A stretch of DNA of 64,000 bases from an uncultured Alphaproteobacteria bacterium (GTDB lineage: Bacteria; Pseudomonadota; Alphaproteobacteria; UBA7985; CAJQQZ01): assembly GCA_905480575.1 (NCBI GenBank), contig CAJQQZ010000114.1:308-64307 (forward strand), read 5' to 3'. The notes beneath the pieces were generated by a model. That model saw nothing but the letters and a program-made list of their open reading frames with translations, searched no databases and was not told the DNA's origin. The translations under genes and the position numbers were made by a program. Below, in pieces: positions 38,379-50,074 of this stretch; within the stretch, counting starts at the first letter, position 1; every line of letters starts with the position of its first letter.

Positions 38379-38458
38379 TATCAATCAAAAATGTTATCGA
38401 CGACGCCCCAGCCTACTTGGCTGGGTTTGGTTGTTGAAACGAAAATAAAGAAGAAGTT

Positions 38459-41008
38459 ATGGATCGCTATAACGCAAAAACGACCGAGCAAAAGTGGCAG
38501 AGCTTTTGGGAAGAAAATGGTTCTTTCACCGCCGCCAAAGACACCAGCCGACCGAAATATTATGTTTTGGAAATGTTTCCTTATCCCAGTGGTAACATCC
38601 ACATGGGGCATGTCAGGAACTATACACTGGGCGATGTGGTCGCGCGATACAAGCGCGCTAAGGGTTTTAACGTATTGCACCCGATGGGTTGGGACGCATT
38701 TGGCCTACCCGCGGAAAACGCAGCCTTTGAAAGGAAAATTCATCCAGCTGCTTGGACCTACCAAAACATAGCTTCAATGCGCGGTCAGCTTAAATCGATG
38801 GGTTTGTCTTTGGATTGGTCGCGCGAGTTTGCGACTTGTGATCCGACTTATTACCGTCACCAGCAAGCCATGTTCAATAAGATGCTGGAAAAGGGCCTGG
38901 TTTACCGCAAAGAGTCTTGGGTTAACTGGGATCCAGTCGAAAACACAGTTTTGGCCAACGAGCAAGTTGAAAACGGCCGTGGGTGGCGCTCCGGCGCTTT
39001 GGTTGAAAAACGTCGTTTATCGCAATGGTTCTTTAAAATCACGTCCTACGCTGATGATTTGTTGGAAGCGATTGGAGGGTTAGAACGTTGGCCAGCCAAA
39101 GTACGGTTGATGCAGGAAAACTGGATCGGTAAGTCTTCTGGTGCCTACATCGATTTCGAAATCGAAGGTCAGTCAGATCGGCTGAAAGTTTTCACTACGC
39201 GTCCCGATACGCTTTTTGGTGCCTCCTTCTGTGCAGTGTCGCCGGAACATCCTATCGCAGAAAAGTTATCTAAAGATAATGCTGCACTTTTGGAATTCGT
39301 TCAGGAATGTCAACGTAGTGGTACCAGTGAGGCCGTTATTGAAACCCTCGAGAAGAAAGGTTTCGATACAGGTCTGAAGATCAAACATCCTTTGATCGAA
39401 GGTAAAACGCTTCCTCTCTACATCGCTAACTTTGTGTTGATGGATTATGGCACAGGCGCGATTTTCGGCTGCCCGGGTCATGATCAGCGAGATTTGGATT
39501 TCGCTCGAAAGTATGATTTGCCAGTCGTCGCCGTGGTCAGTCCAAAAGGCAAAAAGGATTTCGCAATCGATGACGAAGCCTACACTGGCCCTGGCGAAAT
39601 CATTAATTCTGAGTTCTTGAACGGACTTGCAATCGAAGATGCAAAGAAAGCCGTCATTGAACGGCTGGAGAAGACTGATATTGGTCAGGGGGCAACTGTA
39701 TTTCGCCTTCGTGACTGGGGTGCTTCCCGCCAACGCTACTGGGGTTGCCCCATTCCGATTATCCACTGTGATGATTGCGGTGCGGTGCCGGTGCCTGAGA
39801 AGGATCTACCAGTTCAATTGCCTGAAGACGTTGAGTTCGACAAACCTGGCAATCCCTTGGATCATCACCCAACTTGGTCCCATGTTAATTGCCCAAGTTG
39901 TGGGAAGGCTGCGCGCCGTGAAACGGATACGCTTGATACTTTCGTAGATTCCTCTTGGTACTTTGCTCGGTTTTGTTCACCGCAAAGCGGCGAACCAGTG
40001 GAACGCGATGAGCTCGACTATTGGATGTCGGTGGATCAATACGTCGGTGGCGTTGAACACGCCGTATTGCACCTTCTTTATGCACGCTTCTTTACACGTG
40101 CCATGAAAGAAATTGGTTATGCCGGTGTGAAAGAACCCTTCGACGGTCTATTCACTCAAGGCATGGTTTGCCATGAGACCTATAAAGACACTGACGGGAA
40201 ATGGTTGTCACCTGACGAAATAGAGAAGAATGCGGACGGATCGCACAAGGCTCTGAGAGATGGTTCCTCGGTGGAAACCGGTCGCGTCATTAAAATGAGT
40301 AAATCAAAGCGAAACGTCATCGACCCCGCTGTCATCATTGATGTTTATGGAGCAGATACCGCCCGTTGGTTCATGCTATCTGACAGCCCACCAGAGCGGG
40401 ACATGGAGTGGACTGAATCTGGCATCGAAGGCGCTTGGCGTTTTACTCAGCGCTTGTGGCGTCTTGTTCAGGAAAACCTCGCAACGATTAATGCGACAAA
40501 CCGCATTGACAGCCCTGCCGGAAAAGCTCTTCGGGCTAGTTTGCACAAGGCGATTGATTCGGTCTCAAAAGATATCGAATCATTCCAATTCAACCGCGCG
40601 GTAGCTCGTATTCATGAGTTGGCAAACGACATATCTAAGGCCTTAAAAGAAGCCGATCAGGTCAGTCCGGCAACTCTGAAAGAAACATTCTCTACTTTGG
40701 CACAGTTAATCTGCCCAATGATGCCACACCTGTCCGAAGAAATTTGGCAGGTTTTGGGTAACAGTCGTTCCCTCACAGAAGTCGAATGGCCAACAGCCGA
40801 TCCCTCGCTTTTGGTCGACGATTCGGTCACTATTGCTATTCAGGTTAATGGAAAAGTGCGCGGCACCATTGAAATTGCCCGTGATAGCGAGGAAAAGCTT
40901 GTTCAAGAACAAGCCTTGGCGTTAGAATCGGTTCTGAAATTTGTTGATGGCAAGCCTTTGCGCAAGGTCATCGTCGTCCCGAATCGGATTGTAAATGTTG
41001 TCGTTTAA
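38459..41008 (+). CDS. leuS: leucine--tRNA ligase
   Basis: HMGH ([15 protein letters not shown]) and KMSKS motifs. 849 aa. Confidence 0.95.
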   Translation: MDRYNAKTTEQKWQSFWEENGSFTAAKDTSRPKYYVLEMFPYPSGNIHMGHVRNYTLGDVVARYKRAKGFNVLHPMGWDAFGLPAENAAFERKIHPAAWTYQNIASMRGQLKSMGLSLDWSREFATCDPTYYRHQQAMFNKMLEKGLVYRKESWVNWDPVENTVLANEQVENGRGWRSGALVEKRRLSQWFFKITSYADDLLEAIGGLERWPAKVRLMQENWIGKSSGAYIDFEIEGQSDRLKVFTTRPDTLFGASFCAVSPEHPIAEKLSKDNAALLEFVQECQRSGTSEAVIETLEKKGFDTGLKIKHPLIEGKTLPLYIANFVLMDYGTGAIFGCPGHDQRDLDFARKYDLPVVAVVSPKGKKDFAIDDEAYTGPGEIINSEFLNGLAIEDAKKAVIERLEKTDIGQGATVFRLRDWGASRQRYWGCPIPIIHCDDCGAVPVPEKDLPVQLPEDVEFDKPGNPLDHHPTWSHVNCPSCGKAARRETDTLDTFVDSSWYFARFCSPQSGEPVERDELDYWMSVDQYVGGVEHAVLHLLYARFFTRAMKEIGYAGVKEPFDGLFTQGMVCHETYKDTDGKWLSPDEIEKNADGSHKALRDGSSVETGRVIKMSKSKRNVIDPAVIIDVYGADTARWFMLSDSPPERDMEWTESGIEGAWRFTQRLWRLVQENLATINATNRIDSPAGKALRASLHKAIDSVSKDIESFQFNRAVARIHELANDISKALKEADQVSPATLKETFSTLAQLICPMMPHLSEEIWQVLGNSRSLTEVEWPTADPSLLVDDSVTIAIQVNGKVRGTIEIARDSEEKLVQEQALALESVLKFVDGKPLRKVIVVPNRIVNVVV

Positions 41009-41522
41009 CCTGTTTAGGGGTTCAGTTCAGAAAGTCGCTCTTATTCTTGTGCTCGGTTTGGGCGTTGGAACGCTATCGAGCTGCGGATTCGAGCCACTAC
41101 ACGGGTCTGCTAACTCAGTGGATAACAGTCTCGGTTCGACTAGGATCCAGATTATCTCTGAACGTAACGGCCAGATGTTGCATAATCATCTTCGTGATAA
41201 ATTAAATCCTGAGGGCTTGGCCCCAAACCCTTTGTACGGGTTGACGGTTGCGCTCAAAACAAAGACACGCACAACTGGCTTCACGAGTGAGCAGAGTGCG
41301 ACTTATGCGACGATCATTGCCACAGCCGAATACTCGCTTTTCAAACAGAGCGACAAGGAAGAAGTTTACTCTGGAACTGCGGAAGCTGTGACTTCTTACA
41401 ACAAGTTCGTGATGCCCTATACCAACCGTTATACGGAGCGTGATGCTACAGAGCGAGCACTGGCGGCACTGAGTGAAGACATCTACAATGGGCTCAGTAC
41501 TTACTTCGCGACAAACCATTAA
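40995..41522 (+). CDS. lptE: LPS-assembly lipoprotein LptE
   Basis: Lipobox GTLSSC|GF. Conserved leuS-lptE-holA order. Confidence 0.65.
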   Translation: MLSFNLFRGSVQKVALILVLGLGVGTLSSCGFEPLHGSANSVDNSLGSTRIQIISERNGQMLHNHLRDKLNPEGLAPNPLYGLTVALKTKTRTTGFTSEQSATYATIIATAEYSLFKQSDKEEVYSGTAEAVTSYNKFVMPYTNRYTERDATERALAALSEDIYNGLSTYFATNH

Positions 41523-41534
41523 TCGAGTGTAGGC

Positions 41535-42566
41535 GTGAAAGTTGCAGCCAACCGATCGGAAGCTTTCTGCCGAAATCCCGATCATTCGATCAACCTTTTT
41601 CTGCTTTACGGCAGTGATAAAGGAATGGTGAGAGACCATTTGCGTTTCATCATCAAGGCCTACAAGGGCCGTGCAAATACAAACTTAGCTGTCACTAAAC
41701 TTGCCATCGAAGAAGTTCGCTCTAACCTTAGCCTGCTGTATGATGAAGTTCTGGGGTTTTCTTTGTTGGCTGAGCAAAGGCTGATCACTATTGAGGAAGT
41801 CACGGACACCGACAAAACCCTGGTGCAGAGTCTACTTGAGGATAGTTCAAAGCTCACGGCTCCGTTGGTCATGTTAGCTGGAAGCTTGACGGCGAAATCT
41901 CAGCTGCGGAAACTGTGCGAAAAACACGATGCAGTTGCCGCTATCCCTGCTTATGCGGACGATCAGCGTTCATTACCGAACTTTGTCCGCACTTTCTTCC
42001 AAGAAAACAACAAAATGATATCGCAGGACGCCGTTTTCTTCCTAAGCCAACAGTTAGGGGTCGACAGAGGCGTTACCAGGCAGGAACTCGACAAAATCCT
42101 GACTTTTGCGGGTGATAAGGCTTCAATCGAGTTGGAAGATGTTCAGGCGCTAAGCGCAAGTGAGTCGGGATTCTTCCTCGACGATTTACTTTACGCTGTT
42201 TTTGATGGAAAAGTGCATGACGTTGAACGGCTTTATAGCTTGGCTGTGGAAAATGCTGTTCAACCTTCGATCATTGTACAACAGTTATCAAAGCATGCGT
42301 TGAGGCTTCATGGCGTTAAGGCGTTGGTGGAGCAAGGAACCGCTGTCGACAGAGCAATTATGATGACGGGTGGCCCGCTTTTTTGGAAGGTGGGTGATCG
42401 ATTTAAGCAACAAGCCAGAACTTGGCAACTTGGGCAATTGCTTGATACTTTTACTAAATTGGCTGAAGCAACCAAACAAAGCCGCAGCAATCTAGGAGTC
42501 GATGAAGCACTCTGTCATCGTGCTCTATTATCAGTGGCGGCGCAATCACCGTTAAGAAGACGTTGA
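41535..42566 (+). CDS. holA: DNA polymerase III delta subunit
   Basis: 343 aa sitting after lptE. Helical C-terminus matching the delta-subunit layout. Confidence 0.7.
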   Translation: MKVAANRSEAFCRNPDHSINLFLLYGSDKGMVRDHLRFIIKAYKGRANTNLAVTKLAIEEVRSNLSLLYDEVLGFSLLAEQRLITIEEVTDTDKTLVQSLLEDSSKLTAPLVMLAGSLTAKSQLRKLCEKHDAVAAIPAYADDQRSLPNFVRTFFQENNKMISQDAVFFLSQQLGVDRGVTRQELDKILTFAGDKASIELEDVQALSASESGFFLDDLLYAVFDGKVHDVERLYSLAVENAVQPSIIVQQLSKHALRLHGVKALVEQGTAVDRAIMMTGGPLFWKVGDRFKQQARTWQLGQLLDTFTKLAEATKQSRSNLGVDEALCHRALLSVAAQSPLRRR

Positions 42567-42577
42567 TCTTGAAGTTT

Positions 42578-43471
42578 TTACTTCTTTAGCTTTTCCACGA
42601 TGTTTTCAAGCTGATCCAAGTTTTGATAATGAAAACTTACAACGCCTTTTGCACCTTTAGATAAAACGTCGACTTTTAAACCGAGTAAAGCCTCTAGATC
42701 TTTTTCAAACTGTCTAATGTTCGGATCTTTTGCTTTATCCTCATTTGCCTTTTTGTCTTTGGAGCTCGGTTCTTGGCCCTCTTTTTTGACCAAAGCTTCC
42801 GTCTGTCGGACGTTAAGCGATAGATTCACGACCGCTTGTGCCAGCTTTTCTGGATTGATTGCAGGTAGCAAAGCTCTCGCGTGGCCGGCGGATAAACGTC
42901 CATCCAGCAACATATCTTTGACGCCAGCGGGCAACTGTACCAAGCGCATCATATTGGCGATATGTGGTCGGCTTTTACCTGAAATCTCAGAAATTTTCTC
43001 TTGGGTGTAGGAAAACGCCTCTGCCAAGCGCAAATAGCCTTCTGCTTCTTCCAATGGGTTGAGATCTTCCCGTTGAATATTCTCAACGATGGCGATCTCT
43101 AGGGTTCTTTGATCGTTTAACTCCCGAATTAGAACGGGAACTTCATGCAATTGCGCTAACTGAGCCGCCCGCCATCGCCGCTCGCCAGCGATAATCTCAT
43201 AAGTATCCGCTGAATCGCCTGTGCTACGGACCAAAATTGGTTGGATAACACCGTTGGCTTTGATTGAGTCGGCTAGATCTTGAAGAGCTTGCGCATCAAA
43301 TTCTCGTCGAGGCTGGAATTTCCCGGCTTTTATCTGCTCGATAGCGATGGTTTGAGGACCAGTAGGTGCTAGTGTCGCCTCTTCAGTGGACAACGTCGCC
43401 GCAATCCCTTCTTCGCCCAGGAGAGCCGCTAAACCCTTTCCCAGAGCTTTCTTCTTTGGTGCTTTAGCCAT
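42578..43471 (-). CDS. parB: chromosome partitioning protein ParB
   Basis: MAKAPKKKALGKGLAALLG N-terminus and a ParB box (IIAGERRWRAA), with a helix-turn-helix. Confidence 0.9.
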   Translation of the reverse strand: MAKAPKKKALGKGLAALLGEEGIAATLSTEEATLAPTGPQTIAIEQIKAGKFQPRREFDAQALQDLADSIKANGVIQPILVRSTGDSADTYEIIAGERRWRAAQLAQLHEVPVLIRELNDQRTLEIAIVENIQREDLNPLEEAEGYLRLAEAFSYTQEKISEISGKSRPHIANMMRLVQLPAGVKDMLLDGRLSAGHARALLPAINPEKLAQAVVNLSLNVRQTEALVKKEGQEPSSKDKKANEDKAKDPNIRQFEKDLEALLGLKVDVLSKGAKGVVSFHYQNLDQLENIVEKLKK

Positions 43472-43481
43472 TGTTACTCTC

Positions 43482-44240
43482 CTAGCGTTTCAACATTTCA
43501 GCAGCGAGTTGAATATAGGCCTTCGCACCTGACGACTTCAGATCATAAAGAATAACAGGTTGACCAAAACTTGGCGCTTCGGAGATCCGAACGTTCCTTG
43601 GAATTACTGTTTTAAAAACTTTATCACCCAGAAAAGCCCGAACATCATCTTCAACCATCACACAGAGGTTGTTCCGGCGATCAACCATGGTGAGAACAAC
43701 ACCAAAAATTTCCAATTTGGGATGAATGGCCTGTTTTATACGCTCGATTGTCTTCAGTAGGTGCGTAAGTCCTTCCAATGCATAAAATTCAGCCTGCAAA
43801 GGGATCAAAACAGATTGTGCAGCGACGAGCGCGTTAATTGTCAACAAGCCTAAGGCAGGTGGGCAATCAATCAGAATATAGTCATAAGCCTCACTAACAG
43901 TCGCAAGGGCGTTTTTCAGACGAAATTCTCTCTTATCAAAATCTGTCAGTTCGATTTCAGCGGCTGCCAAGTTCACATCTGCTGCAACAAGGTCCAGACC
44001 CTCAATGCCTGTAGATTGGATAGTTGTTTTTAAGTCAGATTCGCCCAGCAAAACCTTGTAAAGGTTCTGTTCGCGTTCATCTTGTTCAAAACCAAAGCCC
44101 GTTGTTGCATTTCCCTGTGGGTCCCCGTCAACGATGAGGACTTTTTTCCCACAAGCCGCTAAACCAGTGGCCAGATTCACTGCTGTTGTGGTTTTGCCAA
44201 CTCCGCCTTTTTGGTTTGCGAGAGCAATGATTTTAGCCAT
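43482..44240 (-). CDS. parA: chromosome partitioning ATPase ParA
   Basis: Deviant Walker A KGGVGKTTT. 252 aa. Confidence 0.9.
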   Translation of the reverse strand: MAKIIALANQKGGVGKTTTAVNLATGLAACGKKVLIVDGDPQGNATTGFGFEQDEREQNLYKVLLGESDLKTTIQSTGIEGLDLVAADVNLAAAEIELTDFDKREFRLKNALATVSEAYDYILIDCPPALGLLTINALVAAQSVLIPLQAEFYALEGLTHLLKTIERIKQAIHPKLEIFGVVLTMVDRRNNLCVMVEDDVRAFLGDKVFKTVIPRNVRISEAPSFGQPVILYDLKSSGAKAYIQLAAEMLKR

Positions 44241-44877
44241 TTACGGAGTTACCTTGTTGGGGTTTTAAATTTGATATCTCAAGAATCAAACCTGAGTCGT
44301 CGCTAAGGCTTTTATGGCGAAGACAGCTAAATTGCCACCCTGTTTTCGAGTCGTTTATCTCTTCTTCTGCCTTTATTCCTTTTGGGAAAATAAAGGTCGT
44401 ATCTTCTTTGGAAATGGGGTGGGCAAGATCAAACAATTTGGGAAGCGGAGCCAACGCACGGGCCAGGATAACATCAAAATCCTTACCCACTATTTTTTCT
44501 ATCCGGTTGTTTTCTAATGTTATTTTTACTTCTGTCACTCGAGCTACTTCGCGAAGAAAGCCAGATTTCCTGATGTCCGATTCCACCAAGGTCATGTTCT
44601 CTACACCAGCAAGCGCGAGAAGTAGTCCAGGAATACCTGCGCCTGTTCCCAGATCGGCGATTGTCGTTTGAGGGTTGTCGGTCGTGAATTTCCTAATCAA
44701 GGTTAGTAGTTGCAGCGAGTCGAGCAAATGACGGTCCCAAAACTGATCCAATGTCCTCGGGCCGACGAGGTTAACCGTCTTCTGCCATTTAAGAAGAAGA
44801 TCGTAATAGATTTTCAAACGCTCTAGCGATTGAAGATCTAACCGCTGTGGCAGTGAAGAGAGGTTAGATTCTGACAA
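44233..44877 (-). CDS. rsmG: 16S rRNA (guanine527-N7)-methyltransferase
   Basis: SAM motif DLGTGAGIPGL. Sits after mnmG. Confidence 0.85.
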   Translation of the reverse strand: MSESNLSSLPQRLDLQSLERLKIYYDLLLKWQKTVNLVGPRTLDQFWDRHLLDSLQLLTLIRKFTTDNPQTTIADLGTGAGIPGLLLALAGVENMTLVESDIRKSGFLREVARVTEVKITLENNRIEKIVGKDFDVILARALAPLPKLFDLAHPISKEDTTFIFPKGIKAEEEINDSKTGWQFSCLRHKSLSDDSGLILEISNLKPQQGNSVNG

Positions 44878-44880
44878 AGT

Positions 44881-46767
44881 CTACGCCGCAAAATTAGATG
44901 TGGAACCGCTCTCACGTTTCACAAAACGTAACAAAGCCATAACAGCTGCTGGCGTCATACCAGTGATACGTGAAGCAGCTCCAAGAGTATGGGGCTTAGC
45001 AGCGTTTAGTTTCTCAACGGTCTCATTAGAAAGTGACCCTATCTTGCTATAGTCCATGTCTTTTGGAAGCTTTAGTGCTTCATCCCGTCGTAGCGCTTCT
45101 ATATCAGCGTCCTGGCGACCTAAATAGCCAGAATAGAGCGCGTCGATCTCTAATTGTTCAATGACATCTGATCTAAGATCCGACAATTGAGGAAAGCTTT
45201 TAGACAGACCTCCAAAAGTAACGTTAGGAAATGCCAACATATCGGCTGCTGAGCGTTTTTGACCATCTTGGTTAACCTTGTAACCCCTCTTGGACCATTC
45301 ATTGGGCGAGAATGTCAAAGCAGCCATGGCGGCTTTAGCCTCATTTATGGCATGCACTTTGGTTTTGTGAAATTCTTCGCGCTCTTTGCCAACACAGCCG
45401 ATAGCAATTCCTCGGTCCGTCAAACGGAGGTCTGCGTTATCGGCCCTCAGTCTTAATCTGTACTCCGCTCGGCTGGTGAACATTCGGTAGGGCTCATTAG
45501 CACCTCTCGTGATCAAATCGTCGATCATAACGCCGATATAGGCCTCTGCTCGATCTAACACGAAATCTTTTTTGGAACCAGAAGCCTTCAGAGCAGCATT
45601 AATACCTGCAATCAACCCCTGCCCTGCCGCTTCTTCATAGCCGGTTGTGCCATTAATCTGCCCCGCTAAGTAGAGGTTTGGGAGCTTTTTAGTCTCCAAC
45701 GTCGGTAATAATTCTCTTGGGTCAATGAAATCATATTCGATCGCATAACCAGGTCGAATGATCCGTGCGTTCTCCAGTCCAACAATCGACGTTATCATTT
45801 GCTCCTGAACGTCTTCGGGTAATGACGTCGAGATACCGTTTGGATAGACCGTGTAATCGTCGAGGCCTTCTGGCTCTAAGAAGATCTGATGGCGTTCTTT
45901 TTCAGCGAACTTGACGACTTTATCTTCAATCGAGGGGCAATAGCGTGGACCAACGCCATCGATTTGCCCAGAATAGAGTGGTGCGCGGCTGATGTTATCG
46001 GAAATAATCTTATGCGTTTGGGGGTTTGTGTAGGTGATATGGCAATCGATCTGTGGCACTTCTACCTTGCTTGTAAGCAAAGAGAAGGGCACCGGGGGAT
46101 TATCTGCCTGTTGAGCCTCGAGAATATCCCAGTTAATTGTACGGCCATCCAACCTCGCTGGCGTGCCTGTTTTAAGACGGCCCATGGCGAACCCAACGGC
46201 TTCTAACCGCTCAGATAATTTGACAGCTGGCGCTTCATCAACACGACCAGCCGGAATTTGCTTCTCGCCTATATGAATCAATCCGCGTAGAAAGGTTCCT
46301 GTGGTTAGAACGACGGTCTTGGACTTGATTGCTTCACCGTTGTCTAGAACGACACCGCGAAGGTTTTGCTCATTATCAAAGTAGAAATCGTCCACGGCCC
46401 CGGCGATTAGAGTTAAATTCTCTACATTTGATAGAGCTTCCTGCATAGCTTCACGGTAGAGTTTGCGATCAGCTTGGGCTCTGGGTCCTCTGACAGCTGG
46501 TCCTTTGCTGGCGTTCAACATTCTGAATTGAATACCTGACTGATCAATGACTTTGGCCATGAGCCCGTCTAGGGCGTCAATTTCACGAACGAGATGGCCT
46601 TTGCCTAACCCCCCAATAGCGGGGTTACATGACATTTCGCCAATTTTGGACAAATCATGGGTAATGAGTGCTGTGTGTGCTCCCATGCGTGCGCTTGCTG
46701 CTGCTGCATCGCAACCGGCATGGCCTCCACCAACTATTATAACGTCATAGGCTACATCGTGATTCAT
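44881..46767 (-). CDS. mnmG: tRNA uridine 5-carboxymethylaminomethyl modification enzyme
   Basis: FAD-binding N-terminus [13 protein letters not shown]. 628 aa. Confidence 0.95.
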   Translation of the reverse strand: MNHDVAYDVIIVGGGHAGCDAAAASARMGAHTALITHDLSKIGEMSCNPAIGGLGKGHLVREIDALDGLMAKVIDQSGIQFRMLNASKGPAVRGPRAQADRKLYREAMQEALSNVENLTLIAGAVDDFYFDNEQNLRGVVLDNGEAIKSKTVVLTTGTFLRGLIHIGEKQIPAGRVDEAPAVKLSERLEAVGFAMGRLKTGTPARLDGRTINWDILEAQQADNPPVPFSLLTSKVEVPQIDCHITYTNPQTHKIISDNISRAPLYSGQIDGVGPRYCPSIEDKVVKFAEKERHQIFLEPEGLDDYTVYPNGISTSLPEDVQEQMITSIVGLENARIIRPGYAIEYDFIDPRELLPTLETKKLPNLYLAGQINGTTGYEEAAGQGLIAGINAALKASGSKKDFVLDRAEAYIGVMIDDLITRGANEPYRMFTSRAEYRLRLRADNADLRLTDRGIAIGCVGKEREEFHKTKVHAINEAKAAMAALTFSPNEWSKRGYKVNQDGQKRSAADMLAFPNVTFGGLSKSFPQLSDLRSDVIEQLEIDALYSGYLGRQDADIEALRRDEALKLPKDMDYSKIGSLSNETVEKLNAAKPHTLGAASRITGMTPAAVMALLRFVKRESGSTSNFAA

Positions 46768-46782
46768 TCGAATTTCCTGGAT

Positions 46783-46798
46783 TGTTTCACGTGAAACA
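46783..46798. promoter_or_regulatory. parS centromere site (TGTTTCACGTGAAACA, perfect consensus)
   Basis: Exact 16-bp palindrome read in the mnmG-mnmE intergenic spacer. Confidence 0.8.
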
Positions 46799-46824
46799 AT
46801 GGCTCAAAACTTGGTCAGTCTTTA

Positions 46825-48162
46825 TTACTTTCCGATGCAAAAATCACCAAAAATGCGGTCTAACAAATCTTCAACATCAACTTGCCCAATCAATCTCCCG
46901 AGTAGTTGCGATAACTGACGCAAATTTTCGGCAAAAAGTTCAGGTGTTTCCGTCCTCATCGCCTGGTCAATCACTTCCATCGAATCGTTCATGATCTGGA
47001 TGTGACGTTCCTTTGCAACAATCTGATCCGTGCCATCGAGTGCGAAGTTCTGAGTTACCCATTCTTCTAGACGGGATAACAGATGATCTGTTCCCAAACC
47101 TTGCTTAACAGAAACAAGAAATTCTAAATTGATTGTATCTGTGCTTAAGTCAGACTTGTTGAATACTTTCCAAACTTGATCTTCTCTAAAGAAACCGTAA
47201 TCGTCGTACGCCGATTGACTGGTTACCATGTCGGATAGATCGAAAAGGAAAAGGACTAAATCAGCCTTGGAAATTTCGTCGAGGCTCCGTTGGACGCCAA
47301 GATTTTCTATTTCGTCGCCACTAGCTCGTAATCCCGCAGTATCTGTGAGTGTCACCGGCAATCCGGAAAGTTCTAATGATACCGAGATGGAGTCTCTCGT
47401 CGTACCAGCAATATCTGATACAATAGCTCGGTCTTCTCTAGCCAAGAGATTCAGCAGAGAAGACTTTCCAGCATTCGGAGGCCCCGCAAGAACAACCTTC
47501 AATCCAGACTCGAGCTTTACCGCTTTTCTTCCGTTATCCCTCTGAGTTTCGAATTCACTGCGCAGAATTTTGAGCTGATCCTGGGACTGTTTCCAAAGAT
47601 CATCTGGTAGATCCTCGTCGGGAAAGTCAATATAGGCCTCGACAAACGCAGCTGATTTGATCAGTTCCTCTCGCCACTTCGACACCTTCTCTGCCGCGGC
47701 TCCACCAATCTGTTTCAGAGAAAAATCCAGTTGCCGCCTGGTCTGAGCATTAATGAGATCTCCAAGACCTTCGATTTGGGCAAGATCCATCTTGTTGTTG
47801 TCAAAAGCATGCCTGGAAAACTCACCGGGTTCCGCCGGTCTCAAGCCTTTTCTGGTCGAAAGATCTTCCAGTATCGCCTTGATAACAGCCAGGCTACCAT
47901 GGCAATGAATTTCCCCACAATCCTCCCCTGTAAAGCTCTCTGAGCCAGGAAAGTAGACCACTAAAGTTCTATCGATCATACCTCCCAGTTGATCCCGCAA
48001 CAGACGATAGAACATCTGGCGAGGCTTAAATTCCGATACAGACAATCCGGTTAAGACAGACAATGTTGCTAACACTTCTGGGCCCGACAGACGGATAACA
48101 GCCACCGCGGACCGACCCGCAACAGTGGAAAGCGCAAATATTGTATTTTTGTTGACAGCCAT
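46825..48162 (-). CDS. mnmE: tRNA modification GTPase
   Basis: G-domain motifs GPPNAGKSSLLN and DTAG, plus a C-terminal CIGK. Confidence 0.9.
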   Translation of the reverse strand: MAVNKNTIFALSTVAGRSAVAVIRLSGPEVLATLSVLTGLSVSEFKPRQMFYRLLRDQLGGMIDRTLVVYFPGSESFTGEDCGEIHCHGSLAVIKAILEDLSTRKGLRPAEPGEFSRHAFDNNKMDLAQIEGLGDLINAQTRRQLDFSLKQIGGAAAEKVSKWREELIKSAAFVEAYIDFPDEDLPDDLWKQSQDQLKILRSEFETQRDNGRKAVKLESGLKVVLAGPPNAGKSSLLNLLAREDRAIVSDIAGTTRDSISVSLELSGLPVTLTDTAGLRASGDEIENLGVQRSLDEISKADLVLFLFDLSDMVTSQSAYDDYGFFREDQVWKVFNKSDLSTDTINLEFLVSVKQGLGTDHLLSRLEEWVTQNFALDGTDQIVAKERHIQIMNDSMEVIDQAMRTETPELFAENLRQLSQLLGRLIGQVDVEDLLDRIFGDFCIGK

Positions 48163-48173
48163 AAAACCAAATA

Positions 48174-48189
48174 TGTTTCACGTGAAACA
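48174..48189. promoter_or_regulatory. parS centromere site (TGTTTCACGTGAAACA, perfect consensus)
   Basis: Second exact 16-bp palindrome, in the rho-mnmE intergenic spacer. Confidence 0.8.
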
Positions 48190-48241
48190 AAAAAGGGGGG
48201 AACAAACTCCCCCCAAATTACAAACAGATAACCAAAGAAGT

Positions 48242-49513
48242 CTACTGATTCATAGAATCAAAGAAGTCCTGATTCGTTTTCGACGTCCTTAACTTCTCCA
48301 AAAGGAACTCCATTGAGTCCACAGCACCCATGGGCATGAGAATACGACGTAACACCCACATCTTGGACAAAGTGCCCTTATCAACAAGAAGCTCCTCTTT
48401 ACGAGTACCTGACTTGCCAATGTCGATCGCTGGGAAGGTTCTCTTGTCAGAGAGCTTACGATCCATAACAATTTCCGAGTTACCTGTACCCTTAAATTCT
48501 TCGAAGATAACTTCGTCCATGCGACTGCCGGTATCAATCAGCGCTGTACCGATGATCGTCAATGACCCGCCCTCTTCAATATTACGAGCAGCACCAAAAA
48601 ACCGCTTAGGACGCTGAAGCGCGTTGGCATCCACACCACCAGTTAAAACTTTGCCAGATGAAGGAACAACAGTGTTATAGGCACGAGCTAGACGTGTGAT
48701 GGAATCCAAAAGAATGACAACGTCATGTTTGTGTTCCACCAAACGCTTTGCTTTTTCGATCACCATTTCACTCACTTGAACGTGGCGGGTCGCTGGTTCG
48801 TCGAAAGTGGAAGATACGACTTCGCCGCGCACAGAACGCTGCATGTCGGTTACCTCTTCGGGGCGTTCGTCAATGAGCAGAACAATCAAATAACAGTTTG
48901 GGTGATTTTCGGCGATCGACTTAGCGATCGACTGTAACATCATTGTTTTACCGGTTCTCGGTGGCGCTGTCAGCAAAGCGCGTTGACCTTTCCCAAGCGG
49001 CGATACAAGATCGATAACACGTCCGGTGCGATCCTTTACCGTAGGATCGGGATTCTCCAGCCGAAATCTTTCTTCTGGGTAGAGTGGCGTTAAGTTATCA
49101 AAATTCACCCGATGGCGGGCCTTTTCAGGCTCGTCAAAGTTAATCTTAGTAATTCGGACAAGCGCAAAATAGCGTTCATTATCTTTCGGCGCACGAATTT
49201 CACCTTCGATTGTGTCACCAGTACGAACGGCGAAACGTCTTATCTGGCTCGGGCTGATGTAGATATCATCTGGGCCCGGTAGATAATTTGACTCTGGAGA
49301 GCGAAGAAACCCGAACCCGTCCTGCAGAACCTCCAAAACACCATCGCCAAAAATGGCTATGTCATTCTCAGCCTGTGTTTTCAAGACCGCAAACATAAGT
49401 TCCTGCTTACGCATAGAACTAGCATTTTCAATTTCCAATTCTTCTGCAACTTGCAGCAAATCAGCAGGCGTTTTAGCCTTTAGCTCGTGTAGGTTCATAT
49501 GTGGGGCTGACAC
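48242..49513 (-). CDS. rho: transcription termination factor Rho
   Basis: N-terminal RNA-binding domain, Walker [11 protein letters not shown], and Q/R loops. 423 aa. Confidence 0.95.
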   Translation of the reverse strand: MSAPHMNLHELKAKTPADLLQVAEELEIENASSMRKQELMFAVLKTQAENDIAIFGDGVLEVLQDGFGFLRSPESNYLPGPDDIYISPSQIRRFAVRTGDTIEGEIRAPKDNERYFALVRITKINFDEPEKARHRVNFDNLTPLYPEERFRLENPDPTVKDRTGRVIDLVSPLGKGQRALLTAPPRTGKTMMLQSIAKSIAENHPNCYLIVLLIDERPEEVTDMQRSVRGEVVSSTFDEPATRHVQVSEMVIEKAKRLVEHKHDVVILLDSITRLARAYNTVVPSSGKVLTGGVDANALQRPKRFFGAARNIEEGGSLTIIGTALIDTGSRMDEVIFEEFKGTGNSEIVMDRKLSDKRTFPAIDIGKSGTRKEELLVDKGTLSKMWVLRRILMPMGAVDSMEFLLEKLRTSKTNQDFFDSMNQ

Positions 49514-49636
49514 TCGAATGAGTTAGGAGGTGAAATAGTCTAGGAAAAGAAGAAAGTTCCAGCAAGAATAGCCGTTAAACAACTTATCCATCGTCTACCC
49601 TGCCATCAAAATAGTGTCAAGCGCAACTTGAGTCGA

Positions 49637-50071
49637 TTAAAACGGCCGCATAACAATCATAACAACAATAACAATCATCAAAACCGCCGGAACTTCATTA
49701 ATAATCCGGAAGAATTTCTCACTGTGTCTATTGCTATCGGAAGCAAAAGCGCGTTGGCATTGACCCAAAAAGACATGAACATAGATCATGATGAACAAAG
49801 ATAACAATTTGCACCACAACCAAAAAGAGCCCCAATCAACATTACCAAAGTAAAACAACAACAAAAGCCCGCTCAAAAAAGCCACAACAAAGGCTGGTGT
49901 CATGATGGCTGTTAACAAGCGCCGTTCCATCACTTTAAACGTTTCTACGGCGTCATTATTGTCTCTCAGCTGAACATGATAGACAAACAAACGCGGCAGA
50001 TAAAGCATTCCCGCCATCCAAGATATGACGGCAATAATATGAACGGCTTTGGTGAGAAGATAGAAATCCAC
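49637..50071 (-). CDS. hemJ: HemJ-family protoporphyrinogen IX oxidase (UPF0093 membrane protein)
   Basis: N-terminus KAVHIIAVISWMAGMLYLPRLFVYH is typical of HemJ. About 4 TM helices. Sits next to hemE. Confidence 0.55.
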   Translation of the reverse strand: MDFYLLTKAVHIIAVISWMAGMLYLPRLFVYHVQLRDNNDAVETFKVMERRLLTAIMTPAFVVAFLSGLLLLFYFGNVDWGSFWLWCKLLSLFIMIYVHVFLGQCQRAFASDSNRHSEKFFRIINEVPAVLMIVIVVMIVMRPF

Positions 50072-50074
50072 GCT

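Noticed and set aside
39266-39766. 166-aa antisense ORF within leuS
   Set aside because: The leuS frame is intact (HMGH...KMSKS). The antisense product has no recognisable features.
49584-49592. DnaA-box-like TTATCCATC between rho and hemJ
   Set aside because: It is a single 7/9 match in a 120-bp gap between two co-oriented genes. The hemE-RP001 gap has a perfect box, AT-rich unwinding-type sequence and the strand switch, and is the far better origin candidate.
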